DNA of 64,000 nt, taken from positions 2,966 through 66,965 of the forward strand of contig JAFGDW010000261.1 of the NCBI GenBank assembly GCA_016931935.1, given 5' to 3'. The first letter of the stretch is position 1. The number at the start of each line of letters is the position of its first letter. Both the position numbers and the translations under genes were made by a program. Below are positions 20,567 through 30,831 of this stretch, piece after piece. The stretch comes from Candidatus Zhuqueibacterota bacterium (GTDB lineage: Bacteria > Zhuqueibacterota > Zhuqueibacteria > Thermofontimicrobiales > Thiofontviventaceae). The notes beneath the pieces were generated by a model that was not told where the DNA came from, made no database searches, and saw only the letters and a list, made by a program, of their open reading frames with translations.

Positions 20567-21103
20567 TTGGAAACAACGCTTAAACATTGCACACTACAAA
20601 ATCTTACCTACGGAACAATTCTATCTAATGCGGAATTAATTGCACAGTTCATCCACAAAAAAACCAGGGCCAAAATTAAATGGTTCGAACAAAACCGGGC
20701 CCGAATTGAGTCCCTAAAATTTAATACCTGGCAGGAGAAAGTACTCACGCTGTTTTATCAATTTAATTTAAATATTGATACTGAACGATTCGGCAAACGT
20801 GTGTATCAGGATAGCGCGTGCATGATTTATGACTGGCAAACAGAGTGCCCGATTCTCAACAAATGCAATGAAGAAGGAGTCGATACATTGAATGTATGCA
20901 ACGTGTTATTCCATACCCAGTATCAGGTGTTACTCTCACTGATCGAACCCGGCCTTGTATTTAATCGCGATTATGAACGAATCCGCCCGTATTACCATTC
21001 ATGCCGCGAAATTATATATTTCCCCCGGAAATACCCGGCACGTCGCATGAATGTCCACGAACGCACCATCATTCCTGAATTGGACGTACTAAACAAATTT
21101 TGA
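20567..21103 (+). CDS. orphan Cys/His-rich 178-aa protein
   Basis: TTG start preceded by GGGGAGAG. Several Cys/His clusters are present (TECPILNKCNEEGVDTLNVCNVLFH, YYHSC). No family recognised. Confidence 0.5.
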   Translation: METTLKHCTLQNLTYGTILSNAELIAQFIHKKTRAKIKWFEQNRARIESLKFNTWQEKVLTLFYQFNLNIDTERFGKRVYQDSACMIYDWQTECPILNKCNEEGVDTLNVCNVLFHTQYQVLLSLIEPGLVFNRDYERIRPYYHSCREIIYFPRKYPARRMNVHERTIIPELDVLNKF

Positions 21104-21144
21104 CTAAAATCAAACGATAAAAAATAAATAAGAGTTTCAGCGAC

Positions 21145-21179
21145 AACGTGCCACGCACTTTCAAAGTGCGTGGCACGTT
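21145..21179. terminator. perfect 16-bp hairpin between convergent genes (candidate bidirectional terminator; repeat copy 1)
   Basis: AACGTGCCACGCACTT-tca-AAGTGCGTGGCACGTT; every pair was checked by position. It sits between the stops at 21103 (+) and 21197 (-). A related copy lies at 44425-44457. Confidence 0.6.
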
Positions 21180-21196
21180 TATGTTATATTTCATTT

Positions 21197-21940
21197 TTAT
21201 GGCCTGTTCGGCGGGACTGGCAAATCCGTATTGCCCGGTTGTTCCGAAGCGGTATCTTCTTCTGAAAGAATGGCGTACGCGGAAGCCAGCGCAATACCGC
21301 CAGCAGCAGTCCAGGTCCACCATTTTTTATAGAATGGCATGTGCTTTTGTTGAAGTGTTACACGAATCGTATCAGTTGTCGACGGGAAGACGGTCGCAGT
21401 CCAGGGAGTCTCCAGATAGCCTTTTTTATTTAAGCGAATATCGTATATTCCAGTTAACAATGGCGCTACGAGTTGGGGCGTGTTTCCCTGATATTGAACA
21501 CGATTGCGGGAGTCATAAACAATAATAGTGGCGTTTTCCGGCACAGAAGTGATGTAAACCGAACCAATCATTTCGTTGCGTACACCGTCGAACCGTTTCA
21601 CCAGATCCGGCGGTATTTTTCCGGTATCCAGTTTCAATGTCGGATTGATTTCCACGGCCTTACGGAAGGCATTTTCAATCAATTCGGACGAATGCCCGGC
21701 ACGAGCATGACTGAATCCGATATAAACATAAGCGGAAAATATATCATCGCGTGACAGAGCATTGTTGGTAATCGTGTTTTGTAATTCAGCGATTGCCTTA
21801 TCGAAATCAGCTTTCCAGAAAAGCTGCACGCCCTCCATAACACCTGAATTTTGCTTGCCCTGAGCCAAACCGTCATTCGATAAGTTCATTACAGAAAGAA
21901 GCAGCACGTTCGCAATTGTCAGATAAATTCGTTTTTTCAT
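21197..21940 (-). CDS. secreted TPR-like plus PEGA-domain protein with a C-terminal TM anchor
   Basis: Signal peptide. PEGA-like segment GSVYITSVPENATIIVYD...GNTPQLVAPLLTGIYDIRLNKKGY. TM segment WWTWTAAGGIALASAYAIL near the C-terminus. Confidence 0.55.
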   Translation of the reverse strand: MKKRIYLTIANVLLLSVMNLSNDGLAQGKQNSGVMEGVQLFWKADFDKAIAELQNTITNNALSRDDIFSAYVYIGFSHARAGHSSELIENAFRKAVEINPTLKLDTGKIPPDLVKRFDGVRNEMIGSVYITSVPENATIIVYDSRNRVQYQGNTPQLVAPLLTGIYDIRLNKKGYLETPWTATVFPSTTDTIRVTLQQKHMPFYKKWWTWTAAGGIALASAYAILSEEDTASEQPGNTDLPVPPNRP

Positions 21941-22021
21941 ATTTGCTCCGGGAGTCGTCTATTTTTCAAAATACTCATTTTGTATTTCTAAAAGATGTTG
22001 CCGATGGTTATAGGCACTCAT

Positions 22022-25000
22022 TTATTTAACCAGAATCATTTTCCGCGTCATCACATAATCACCGGCTTCGATCGTACACAAGTAAATTCCTGATCCGGCA
22101 TTCTGATTGTTGATGTCAAGCCCATCCCAAACCGCATGATAATAACCGGGTTGCTGGACTTCATTCAGCAACGTTTTAATTCGTTGTCCGCGAATATTGT
22201 AAATAGTCAGTTTGACCAGGCCTGTTTTGGCGATTTGATAGGAAATGCGCGTCTGCATATTGAACGGATTGGGATAATTTTGCGACAGTTCCGAGCGCGT
22301 CGGCAACATCGGTAAATCATCGTCAGTTTCATCAATGTATGCCGGAGTGCCGATCACCAGTTTGAATAATCGTGTGGTCTTGCCCACTCCGGTTGGAAAC
22401 GAATAGTGCGATGACTTGCGTGCATCCATTTTTACCATGCCGGTCAAGTCCGATAACATGATGTCATATTCCGGAAGAAATACAGCAATATTATCAATTG
22501 CCAACGTCACATCCGCGTTTTCAATATTCGATTCAACCTGAAACTGCCATACTGCCCCGGTGCCGATATCGGGACGAATATCCGTAGCGAATCGGCCCGG
22601 AAATTTCGTCCATTCCGGGTGAGGGAAATAGATGGATACGTACGATCCCATTGGCGGTGGTTCGACATAATCGCGATTGTCCCAATCAATTTTTGCATCG
22701 ACAGCACAACCAATTCGGTTAAAATTATCGCGCGCCTGTTGACAGCTCGCAGCTAATGTAAGGTGCCACAGCAAACCAGCACTATCTTTTTCAAGTGGTT
22801 TCGATGCACCGGGACTTGCCTCTACAGGTTCAACAGCAACTACAAGGTCATCTTGATCGGTATAAATTGAATAACCTTCCCCCGGCTCAAGCTGTGATAT
22901 TTCCGTTGGTAGCAACCAGCCGTTTTCATACGTATAAGGTCCTGAAATATCCGACATATTCCCGGAACTCAATGATACGCTGCTCCAGTCCACTGCAAAA
23001 TTAAACGGATTGCCGATATCATTCCATCCCTTAAACAACGGGATAGTAAACGTCCGGTTGGTCGGAACTGACATGCCCGGCCCGCTGTCAATAGTCTGAT
23101 TTGAGTCTTTTACAATCAGCCAAAACGCTTTGCCCGGTTTAAAATCACCCGTTGATGGAAACTCGTTATAGCTATTTGCCTGAGAATTGAAATAAAACAG
23201 TCTCCATTTCTTCCGATCATATGGCCCTAAATCGTCTTCAAGTACAGCATGGGGCGAAGGATCGTCCATTACAAGCGGAAATGAAATCATGCGGAAAGCT
23301 TTTTGGTCACTGCCGAACGGTTGCGGACTGTCATTCGCAATGCCCTGATGATTTTCATCATCAATTTTCACAGGAATATAACCGGGCGGCAATACCGGTG
23401 CATAAGCACGGCTTAAGCCATCGGATGCGCTTAAAAAATAATCAACTCCGCGTTCAGTCACTATCTCGCCCGGAATAATGGCAAAAAAGGTCGTATCGTC
23501 GAGCGCAACTAAATCTGTACTCAGGAATGTCCGTTGTCCGCCTTCACGATACGATAGTAACGATTCAACAACGCGATTTTCATCTTTTATCACAGCCGTA
23601 ATCGTGATACCCTGTCCCACAACTACGTCATTCATCGATTGAATTGAAATCGCCGGCGGCGTAGCATCGAGATTGATGATTAATTCCGATGAAATCGCTT
23701 CATTACCGGCGCTATCGCGCAGTGTTGCCTGCAATGCATATGGACCGTCGGCTGCCTGCGTAACTGCCAATGGGAATTGAATTGTTTTATTTGCACCGGA
23801 CGCAATTTGGTTCAGCGTAATCGGATCGCCCAGGCCGGTCGCCATCAGCGTGGCGCTTGCAGCACGAGATTCACTGAATTGTAAACTAATGTTGATTATT
23901 TCTGTGGAATCCTGATTGAACCAGTTCGTTTCATATGCTGGAGACAGTGCCGAGATTTCCGTAATTACAGGCGGGGTAGCATCCCAGCGGAGTATGACAT
24001 GTGCAAAATTTTGGAAGTTTGTATTTCCACGGCCATCTTCAAGCCAGAGAAACAGATACTGACCATCCTGTTTCGTGGCGGTAATTTCCAGTGGCAAATT
24101 TGCCGGCGCTGTGCCGGTCGTATCCGAATCGGATGATGGGACTGAGTTTAACTTATATCGACACCGAGTAATCCCACTGGGATCGGGTGGATTCGACCAA
24201 CTAATTTCAAAATTAGCGCTCTTCTGCCAGTTCCCGGGATTGGCGCCATTCACCAGTACATTTTGTGGCGCAACCGGCGCTGCCGTATCTTTGTACAGCG
24301 TGTCAACAACAGTAACGGTTTCCGCGTTTCCCGTGAAAGCTTCCTGATTTTCGAGTTGGTCAGTAGCAGCCGCTTCAAATGCGTACATATTACCGTGCGT
24401 TCCTGTAAACTGCGCCGAAGTCCCCTGATAATCGGTCAGCCAATTGCTCCATTCCCCATTATTTAGTTTGAAACGCACATTGTACTTGCCCGAAAGCCCG
24501 ACGCCTTCGCCATCGCTTCCCGAACCTTTCCAGTCAATTGTAAATCGTACCGTGGCTGCGGTATCCGGGGACGAGGCGATTGTTCCCGATGGCGGCGTAT
24601 GATCCAGCCGAACAGTTGAGATATTACTACTTTTATTTCCGGCGCTATCAGCAATGATGGCAGCCAGGGTATATGCGCCATCCGCAGCAGTTTGAATATT
24701 CGTTTGAAACTGTAGTTCCTGATCCAAACCCGATGGAATATCCGTTCGAGTGGCCGGCTCAGCCAGGCCGTTTGCGTCAAGCAAAACAGTTGCAGCATGA
24801 AGCTCGCTATAGGAAATGACGGACGTAATTGTATGGGTTGAATTCTGATTAAACCAGTTGGGTGCAAAATCGGGATCAGCAACAAGAATTGTGTCGATTA
24901 TCGGGGCAGTTGCATCGTACCGCAAAACAGTAGTTGCAAAATTATGAAAATCGACATTCCCTAAATTATCTTCCAGCCAAAGATAAAGCCGTTCGCCGTC

Positions 25001-27634
25001 TTCCCGGTTCGCATGGATCGTTACTGGCGCAACGCCGGACGCAGTACCTGAAGTATCGTTGGTGGCAGCGGGCGCTGTGTTGAACTTGTAGAGACAACGC
25101 TTTATCCCGCTGGGATCCATCGGATTTGTCCAGCGAATCTGAAACGCATTTTCCGATTGCCATGGACTGGGATTGCTGCCACCGGCTGTCAATTGAATCG
25201 GCGCGGCTGGCGCATCCTGATCCTGCGCGGTGGTATCGACAGACACGGTTGCTTCAGCAATTCCCAGAAAAGGTTCGGCATTGCCAACATTATCTTTCGC
25301 CCGAACTTCGAACGAATACTTATGACCATGACTTCCTTGATATGTCGTTGCTGTATCCTTCGTATCCATAATCCAGTCAACCCAATTACCATTGTCGATT
25401 TTGATCCGGGCATCATATCCAGCCACTCCAGCGCCGGTATCTGTTGATTGGTTCCAGGAAACGGTAAACAGGGTAAGCGTGCTGGTATCAGAAATCGCGA
25501 ATACGCTTGCATTTTCCGGAGTAGTACTGTCTAATCCAATGTTCAACGATTCATCAGCTAAATTTCCGGCGCTGTCTTGCAATGTTACAGAAATTGAGTA
25601 GGTACCATCGTCAACATTGCTAACATCAAAATTGTATGCCACAACCTGATCACTTCCACCTGGCAAATCCTTCACAATAATTTGGTCATCTGCAAATTCA
25701 GCATCAAGAATCATTCGCGACATATGTAATTCGTCATAGTTAATATGCAACCCGATTTTGGACGAATTTGTAGGATTATACCAGTTCGGTCGGAAAGTCG
25801 GAGATTGAGCTACCAAACTATCGATGTGTGGTGGAGTTGCATCAACAATGAACCGCCATTTCAGGGAGAGATTGCCAGCAGCATCCGGATCAAACGCGAC
25901 CACATCCCACTGATATTGTCCGTCTGCAAGCTCTGTAATCGGGGTGTACGTCATGATGCCGCTTCCCTGACGCACGGGTGGCGGTGGCTTAAATCCTGCC
26001 GTATCAAATGAGGAATTATAAATCCATGTATCATTACCGTAAATTCCCACCTGGAAATGAAGCAAATCATCATCCTGATCAGGCGGGATCTGCCAACTTA
26101 ACGATGGTGCAGGATCCGCAACAAACGCACCGGATAGGGGTGAAACAAGAACGGGTGATTCCGGAGGTGAATTTACGATCACAGTATTCTGATTCTTTAA
26201 AATCGTGATATTCTTCGCATCATAATTTGCGACCGCAAGATCAATATCGCCGTCACTATCCATATCCCCACCAAATACATATCGCGGCGAGGAGTCCGTT
26301 ACATAAAAACTATCAAGCGAAAAATTACTTCCCTGGTTATTTTTAAAGACCATAACTGTGGTGGAAAGAAAATTCGCTGTTGCCATATCCATATCATTGT
26401 CGTTATCCAAATCAGATACGTATATTGATCGCGGCTCCCGTCCCGTCGCATAAAGCGAATTTTTCGCAAAGCTCCCATTCCCCTGATTCAGCAATACAAG
26501 CAGACTATCCACACCCCGACATGTGACAATTAAATCCGGAGCGCGATCGTTGTTTACATCGCCGGCAACGAGATAGTGTGGATTACTTTGCGCACTGCCG
26601 CTGCCATAGGTATTTTGAAACCGGAACGATCCATCACCATTATTCAGAAATACTGAAATTTGATTTGATTCCAGATCTGCTGTGGCAATATCCATACTTC
26701 CGTCCAGATCAAAATCTCCGCAAGTTAACGTTCGCGGCCCTTCACCAACACCATAGGTATTATGAAACGTAAAACGTCCGTTCCCGGTATTCAATAAAAT
26801 TGAAAAACTGTTTGTCTCGCGATTCGCCGTTGCCAAATCGATTTTGCCATCCCCGTTAAAATCGTTGGCAGCTATAAAGAAAGGATGCTCATCCGAACTG
26901 TAGGTATTATCCAGTAAAAATTCTCCCTGCCCATTATTTAATAATACTGATATGTTATATGAATCGGTGTTTGCTGTAGCAATATCCAGGTCGCCATCCT
27001 GATCGAAATCCGCACCACATAGCGAGCGGGGAGTTGTACCAACTGTAAGCCGTTGTGTTTCGGATAAAATTCCATTGCCATCATTCAAAAAGATAACAAA
27101 ATTATCGTAACTCATAACTTGAACACACGCCAGGTCAATATCACCATCCTGATCCAGATCACCGCCATAAATAGATTGCACACCGTATGTCGTGGCATAA
27201 TCCGCATCTTTTGAAAACTTGCCACTGCCTCCTGTTGCTGCAATGGTAAATGACCAGACAAAATTGGAATCGGAATTACTCGCCCCGACGGTTCGAATTT
27301 TAGGTGTCAATACAACCGTTACCTGTTCACCCGGGAAAAAATCGGCGTTGGGATTGAAAATCGCGGTTTTTCTAAAACTGTCATATTGTATTAATCCATG
27401 GTGATAGCCCGATTGGCTGGCAAAAACAACGACCGTGCTGTCATTTAGGCTTGAGTTATCGACAGCAGATGCAAAAACGATTTGAATGAGCGTATTACTG
27501 GCTATCCCCGTTGCATTTGGTTGAGGAGATACTCGCACCAAAGCGCCGTCCCATTGTGCAAGTACTGCATCGGCAGACAGAACCATGACACAACCCAACA
27601 GACAGCCCAATAAATACCGTATTAATTGCTTCAT
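22022..27634 (-). CDS. giant T9SS-sorted surface protein: Ig-like domain, FG-GAP/VCBS propeller, FN3-like domain, 2.35 x 310-aa repeats, Por-type CTD
   Basis: ATG 27634 (MKQLIRYLLGCLLGCVMVLSADAVLAQ) is preferred over the TTG at 27667. About 7 repeats of GDxDxDGDxDLAxAN...ISVLLNNGxGxF occupy aa ~160-490. The C-terminus is QNYPNPFNMQTRISYQI...GIYLCTIEAGDYVMTRKMILVK. Confidence 0.8.
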   Translation of the reverse strand: MKQLIRYLLGCLLGCVMVLSADAVLAQWDGALVRVSPQPNATGIASNTLIQIVFASAVDNSSLNDSTVVVFASQSGYHHGLIQYDSFRKTAIFNPNADFFPGEQVTVVLTPKIRTVGASNSDSNFVWSFTIAATGGSGKFSKDADYATTYGVQSIYGGDLDQDGDIDLACVQVMSYDNFVIFLNDGNGILSETQRLTVGTTPRSLCGADFDQDGDLDIATANTDSYNISVLLNNGQGEFLLDNTYSSDEHPFFIAANDFNGDGKIDLATANRETNSFSILLNTGNGRFTFHNTYGVGEGPRTLTCGDFDLDGSMDIATADLESNQISVFLNNGDGSFRFQNTYGSGSAQSNPHYLVAGDVNNDRAPDLIVTCRGVDSLLVLLNQGNGSFAKNSLYATGREPRSIYVSDLDNDNDMDMATANFLSTTVMVFKNNQGSNFSLDSFYVTDSSPRYVFGGDMDSDGDIDLAVANYDAKNITILKNQNTVIVNSPPESPVLVSPLSGAFVADPAPSLSWQIPPDQDDDLLHFQVGIYGNDTWIYNSSFDTAGFKPPPPVRQGSGIMTYTPITELADGQYQWDVVAFDPDAAGNLSLKWRFIVDATPPHIDSLVAQSPTFRPNWYNPTNSSKIGLHINYDELHMSRMILDAEFADDQIIVKDLPGGSDQVVAYNFDVSNVDDGTYSISVTLQDSAGNLADESLNIGLDSTTPENASVFAISDTSTLTLFTVSWNQSTDTGAGVAGYDARIKIDNGNWVDWIMDTKDTATTYQGSHGHKYSFEVRAKDNVGNAEPFLGIAEATVSVDTTAQDQDAPAAPIQLTAGGSNPSPWQSENAFQIRWTNPMDPSGIKRCLYKFNTAPAATNDTSGTASGVAPVTIHANREDGERLYLWLEDNLGNVDFHNFATTVLRYDATAPIIDTILVADPDFAPNWFNQNSTHTITSVISYSELHAATVLLDANGLAEPATRTDIPSGLDQELQFQTNIQTAADGAYTLAAIIADSAGNKSSNISTVRLDHTPPSGTIASSPDTAATVRFTIDWKGSGSDGEGVGLSGKYNVRFKLNNGEWSNWLTDYQGTSAQFTGTHGNMYAFEAAATDQLENQEAFTGNAETVTVVDTLYKDTAAPVAPQNVLVNGANPGNWQKSANFEISWSNPPDPSGITRCRYKLNSVPSSDSDTTGTAPANLPLEITATKQDGQYLFLWLEDGRGNTNFQNFAHVILRWDATPPVITEISALSPAYETNWFNQDSTEIINISLQFSESRAASATLMATGLGDPITLNQIASGANKTIQFPLAVTQAADGPYALQATLRDSAGNEAISSELIINLDATPPAISIQSMNDVVVGQGITITAVIKDENRVVESLLSYREGGQRTFLSTDLVALDDTTFFAIIPGEIVTERGVDYFLSASDGLSRAYAPVLPPGYIPVKIDDENHQGIANDSPQPFGSDQKAFRMISFPLVMDDPSPHAVLEDDLGPYDRKKWRLFYFNSQANSYNEFPSTGDFKPGKAFWLIVKDSNQTIDSGPGMSVPTNRTFTIPLFKGWNDIGNPFNFAVDWSSVSLSSGNMSDISGPYTYENGWLLPTEISQLEPGEGYSIYTDQDDLVVAVEPVEASPGASKPLEKDSAGLLWHLTLAASCQQARDNFNRIGCAVDAKIDWDNRDYVEPPPMGSYVSIYFPHPEWTKFPGRFATDIRPDIGTGAVWQFQVESNIENADVTLAIDNIAVFLPEYDIMLSDLTGMVKMDARKSSHYSFPTGVGKTTRLFKLVIGTPAYIDETDDDLPMLPTRSELSQNYPNPFNMQTRISYQIAKTGLVKLTIYNIRGQRIKTLLNEVQQPGYYHAVWDGLDINNQNAGSGIYLCTIEAGDYVMTRKMILVK
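23663..25843 (-). repeat. diverged tandem coding repeats, period 930 nt (310 aa), 2.35 units
   Basis: Units begin at DATPPHI (aa 609), DATAPII (aa 919) and DATPPVI (aa 1229), and the series ends at DATPPAI (aa ~1335), numbering from the track ORF. Each unit carries NW(Y/F)N, an SAGN motif and a LWLED motif. By eye the units are roughly 40-50 % identical. Confidence 0.8.
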
Positions 27635-27965
27635 CACTATTTCCCTGTTAGAAAATTGATTGTACAACAGTGAGTGTACATCTTTTCGAAATCCAAGAAT
27701 ATAAGCGACCAGTTGAATGAATCGCCTTCGACTATGCTAAATACATAGGTGACTTTACATCAATCAAACTTATAAGAGCAGCGTTTTATTCAAGCATAAC
27801 AATCGTGTTGTCACCTGAATCTATCAAAGGTGATATGTCAATCGATCATATTCACCTATTGTCGACGACACTGTTCGCGTCTTGCAGCATCACAACACTT
27901 TACCAGTATGAGACGGTGGGTTCAGCCAAAAATCAATCAATTCTTGACTGAGGTATGGTTGGAAT

Positions 27966-28676
27966 CTAAGGCAATAATCCTTTATCCGGGATGAGGTTAA
28001 ACTGTACCTGTTTCACAGTCGCTTTTTCAACGTAAATAGTAGTATCAGTTGGAGAACATGAAAAGTTTTCACGTTTAACAGATACCACATGTTTTCCCAC
28101 AGGAAGTTCAATTTTTAACGGTGTTGTGTTATAGTCGCCCAGCTTCCAGAGCTGGTGATCGATATAAACATAAGCGAAACCGTATTCGTGCGCATTGGCT
28201 AATGTAATCGCTAATTGGCCGTACTGTTGTTGGAAACTTCTGGCAGGTGACAAGCTTTTTTTTGTGGATTGCGTCCGTTTTTTCGATACTGGTTTTGTTT
28301 TTTTCACCGTATGCGTTGAAGATATTTTGGGAGACGCAGCCGCATTTGAAGTCGTTCGCATAATTTTCTGACTTACCGAAGCTGACGCTGGCGAATTCAC
28401 GGTTTTTAAATCGACCGACGGCTGACTATCTTGTGTTACCTGAAAATTAGCGACCTTCAACGTATTAGTTATATCAGGCTCATGAATATTTTCGGATGCT
28501 TCAAATGTCGTATCAGCGAAATTAAATGATTCGATCTCACGTATTTTTTCAACCTTTTTGGCAGGCGATTTTAAGGACCACAATGATATAGCAACAATAA
28601 AGCCCAACGCGATAACAAATAAAAACGTCTCTCCTTTCCTTCGAATAAAGAAATACGTTCGGTACCTGAAATTCAC
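27966..28676 (-). CDS. single-pass membrane protein with an S/T/K-rich linker and a C-terminal PEGA-like domain
   Basis: TM segment FLFVIALGFIVAISLWSL. Low-complexity linker. C-terminus GQLAITLANAHEYGFAYVYIDHQLW...LPVGKHVVSVKRENF. Confidence 0.5.
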   Translation of the reverse strand: MNFRYRTYFFIRRKGETFLFVIALGFIVAISLWSLKSPAKKVEKIREIESFNFADTTFEASENIHEPDITNTLKVANFQVTQDSQPSVDLKTVNSPASASVSQKIMRTTSNAAASPKISSTHTVKKTKPVSKKRTQSTKKSLSPARSFQQQYGQLAITLANAHEYGFAYVYIDHQLWKLGDYNTTPLKIELPVGKHVVSVKRENFSCSPTDTTIYVEKATVKQVQFNLIPDKGLLP

Positions 28677-29616
28677 AATTTTCCTCCTTTATAAATTTTT
28701 GGGTACCCCTCACATATTTGTCGCATTGTTATACTTGCCTTTTTAACAGATTCAAATATTGAATTGGTAATGCTACTGACAAAATCGTATTTATTCTAAG
28801 ATGTTTGATAATTATAAATCAGAGAAATACATTCCTATTCGTAGCGCAGGAAATTAATATTAAGTAGTTCGCAAGAGATTGTGTATTCGACATCTATGTA
28901 GGTTATTATTGTTCATTTTTTTTAACTAAACAAAAAAAATCAAGTTCGCGAATTTTTCTATTTCTGACAAAAGTAAAGCATGTATTTTATATATCAGAAA
29001 TCATGCAATATGAATGCCAAATTAATAAACCAGGATATCGTTATAATATTACTGCTATTAAAATAGAACAATCAAGTAACATCAAAAAATATTGCTTGAT
29101 GAAACCCAATATGTGGTGAAGATGCCAATTCACCTTATTTAAAATGAATCAGATTGTTACAGTCATTACTTCATTAACAAAAAATACAATTTTAAACCAA
29201 ATAAAACAACTGATTTTTACAATCGATCGGTCAACCGAGATTTTTAGTTGCACATAAATATTGTCACATTTTGGTATGGCAATTAATCGTCTCAAAATCG
29301 GCCACATAAAGACTGATTCCCGTTTATCGAACTTTATTTCTCTCATTTCAGGAAACTACAGCCGAATTGTAACCAACACTCAACGCCTGCACTTTGAAGA
29401 TACTGATAAGATGCGGAAATCTGACAGGATAGCAAATGTTATCCGGATTGCGGTATTATGGACTCGCTTATTTATCACTGGGTGGCGATTTGACTCATTA
29501 CGATAAATATTTAATTGACTATCAGGAATTTGACGTGACACATGAAACCGATTACAGTGTCCCGATGACCGATCACTATCTATCGTCTCACTTCTCACAT
29601 CTGACATTTCACGTCG

Positions 29617-30666
29617 TTATGAGTTACTTTTGTAATGCGTTTGCGCAACATCGCGCAAACGTTGCGCTGCCTGTTCGGCAGTAATGTCTCGTTGGGGATT
29701 GGCGAGCATTTCATAGCCGACCATAAATTTTTTAATCGTCGCCGATCGTAATAATGGCGGATAAAAGTGCATGTGCAAATGCCATTCGGGATGATCGTGC
29801 CCGTCGGTGGGGGCCTGATGAATTCCGGCGGAATATGGGAAGGATACGTTGAATAAATTATCGTACATGATGGTAAGCTGTTTGTAAATGTCAGCAAAGG
29901 CGTTGCGCTCATCATCGTTCAGTTGCAGCAGATGCTGTTTGGATTGTCTGCTTATAATCATAGCTTCGAATGGCCAGAATGCCCAGAATGGTACCAACGC
30001 GACAAAATGCCTGTTCGACGTTACGATACGCTCCTGAAGTTTAACTTCCAATTCAAGATAGTCGCCGAGTAATGTGGCTTGGTGTTTTTCCAGATACAAC
30101 CGTTGTTTTTCCGACTCTTTTGATGGTTCGTGGGGAACGCACGCCTGCGCCCAAATCTGGCCATGGGGATGCGGATTGCTGCATCCCATAATGTCCCCTT
30201 TATTCTCAAAAATTTGAACATAGCTGATATAATCAAGCGCTCCCAATTCTTCGTACTGCGTTGTCCACACATCGACAACATTTTTAATAGCGTTTACATC
30301 CATTTCCGGGATCGTCAGGTCATGCCGGGGCGAAAAGCAAACGACCTTGCACAAGCCACGCTCACTTTCCGCTCGCAGCAAATCACCGTGAATGTATTCA
30401 CCTGCAGGAACATCGGGCACCAACGCACTGAAATCGTTTGTGAACACATACACATTCGTGTAATCGGGATTTTTCAATCCACCGGCGCGTTCGTTACCCG
30501 GACACAGATAGCATGTCGGATCGTACGACGGCCGCTTTGTTATTGGCGGATTTTCAACCTTACCCTGCCAGGGACGTTTGGTGCGATGCGGCGATACCAG
30601 AATCCAATCGCCGGTCAAGGGATTATAGCGTCGATGTGCGTGTTCAGTGAATTGAAATGTTTCCAT
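29617..30666 (-). CDS. galT: galactose-1-phosphate uridylyltransferase (class I)
   Basis: [47 protein letters not shown] and the HPHGQIWA active site. The start is placed at 30666 by analogy with the E. coli GalT N-terminus. Confidence 0.9.
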   Translation of the reverse strand: METFQFTEHAHRRYNPLTGDWILVSPHRTKRPWQGKVENPPITKRPSYDPTCYLCPGNERAGGLKNPDYTNVYVFTNDFSALVPDVPAGEYIHGDLLRAESERGLCKVVCFSPRHDLTIPEMDVNAIKNVVDVWTTQYEELGALDYISYVQIFENKGDIMGCSNPHPHGQIWAQACVPHEPSKESEKQRLYLEKHQATLLGDYLELEVKLQERIVTSNRHFVALVPFWAFWPFEAMIISRQSKQHLLQLNDDERNAFADIYKQLTIMYDNLFNVSFPYSAGIHQAPTDGHDHPEWHLHMHFYPPLLRSATIKKFMVGYEMLANPQRDITAEQAAQRLRDVAQTHYKSNS

Positions 30667-30770
30667 TGGGATTAAAATCCTTTGTAAAGTTCCACTTTCG
30701 AAAAACATGCTATCCAAATATAAAAAATATTTTCAGAAATACAAGCAATCAATTGCTCGTCGATTGACTA

Positions 30771-30801
30771 ATAAAAAACGCGTTACAAAAATAACGTCGC
30801 G
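30771..30801 (-). terminator. candidate rho-independent terminator between the GH53-like gene and galT
   Basis: The minus strand reads CGCGACGTTA-tttttg-TAACGCG (7 bp with a 1-nt bulge) followed by TTTTTTATT, about 30 nt after the stop at 30832. Confidence 0.5.
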
Positions 30802-30831
30802 GAATTTTAAGTTCCTTCTGAATTATTGTTT

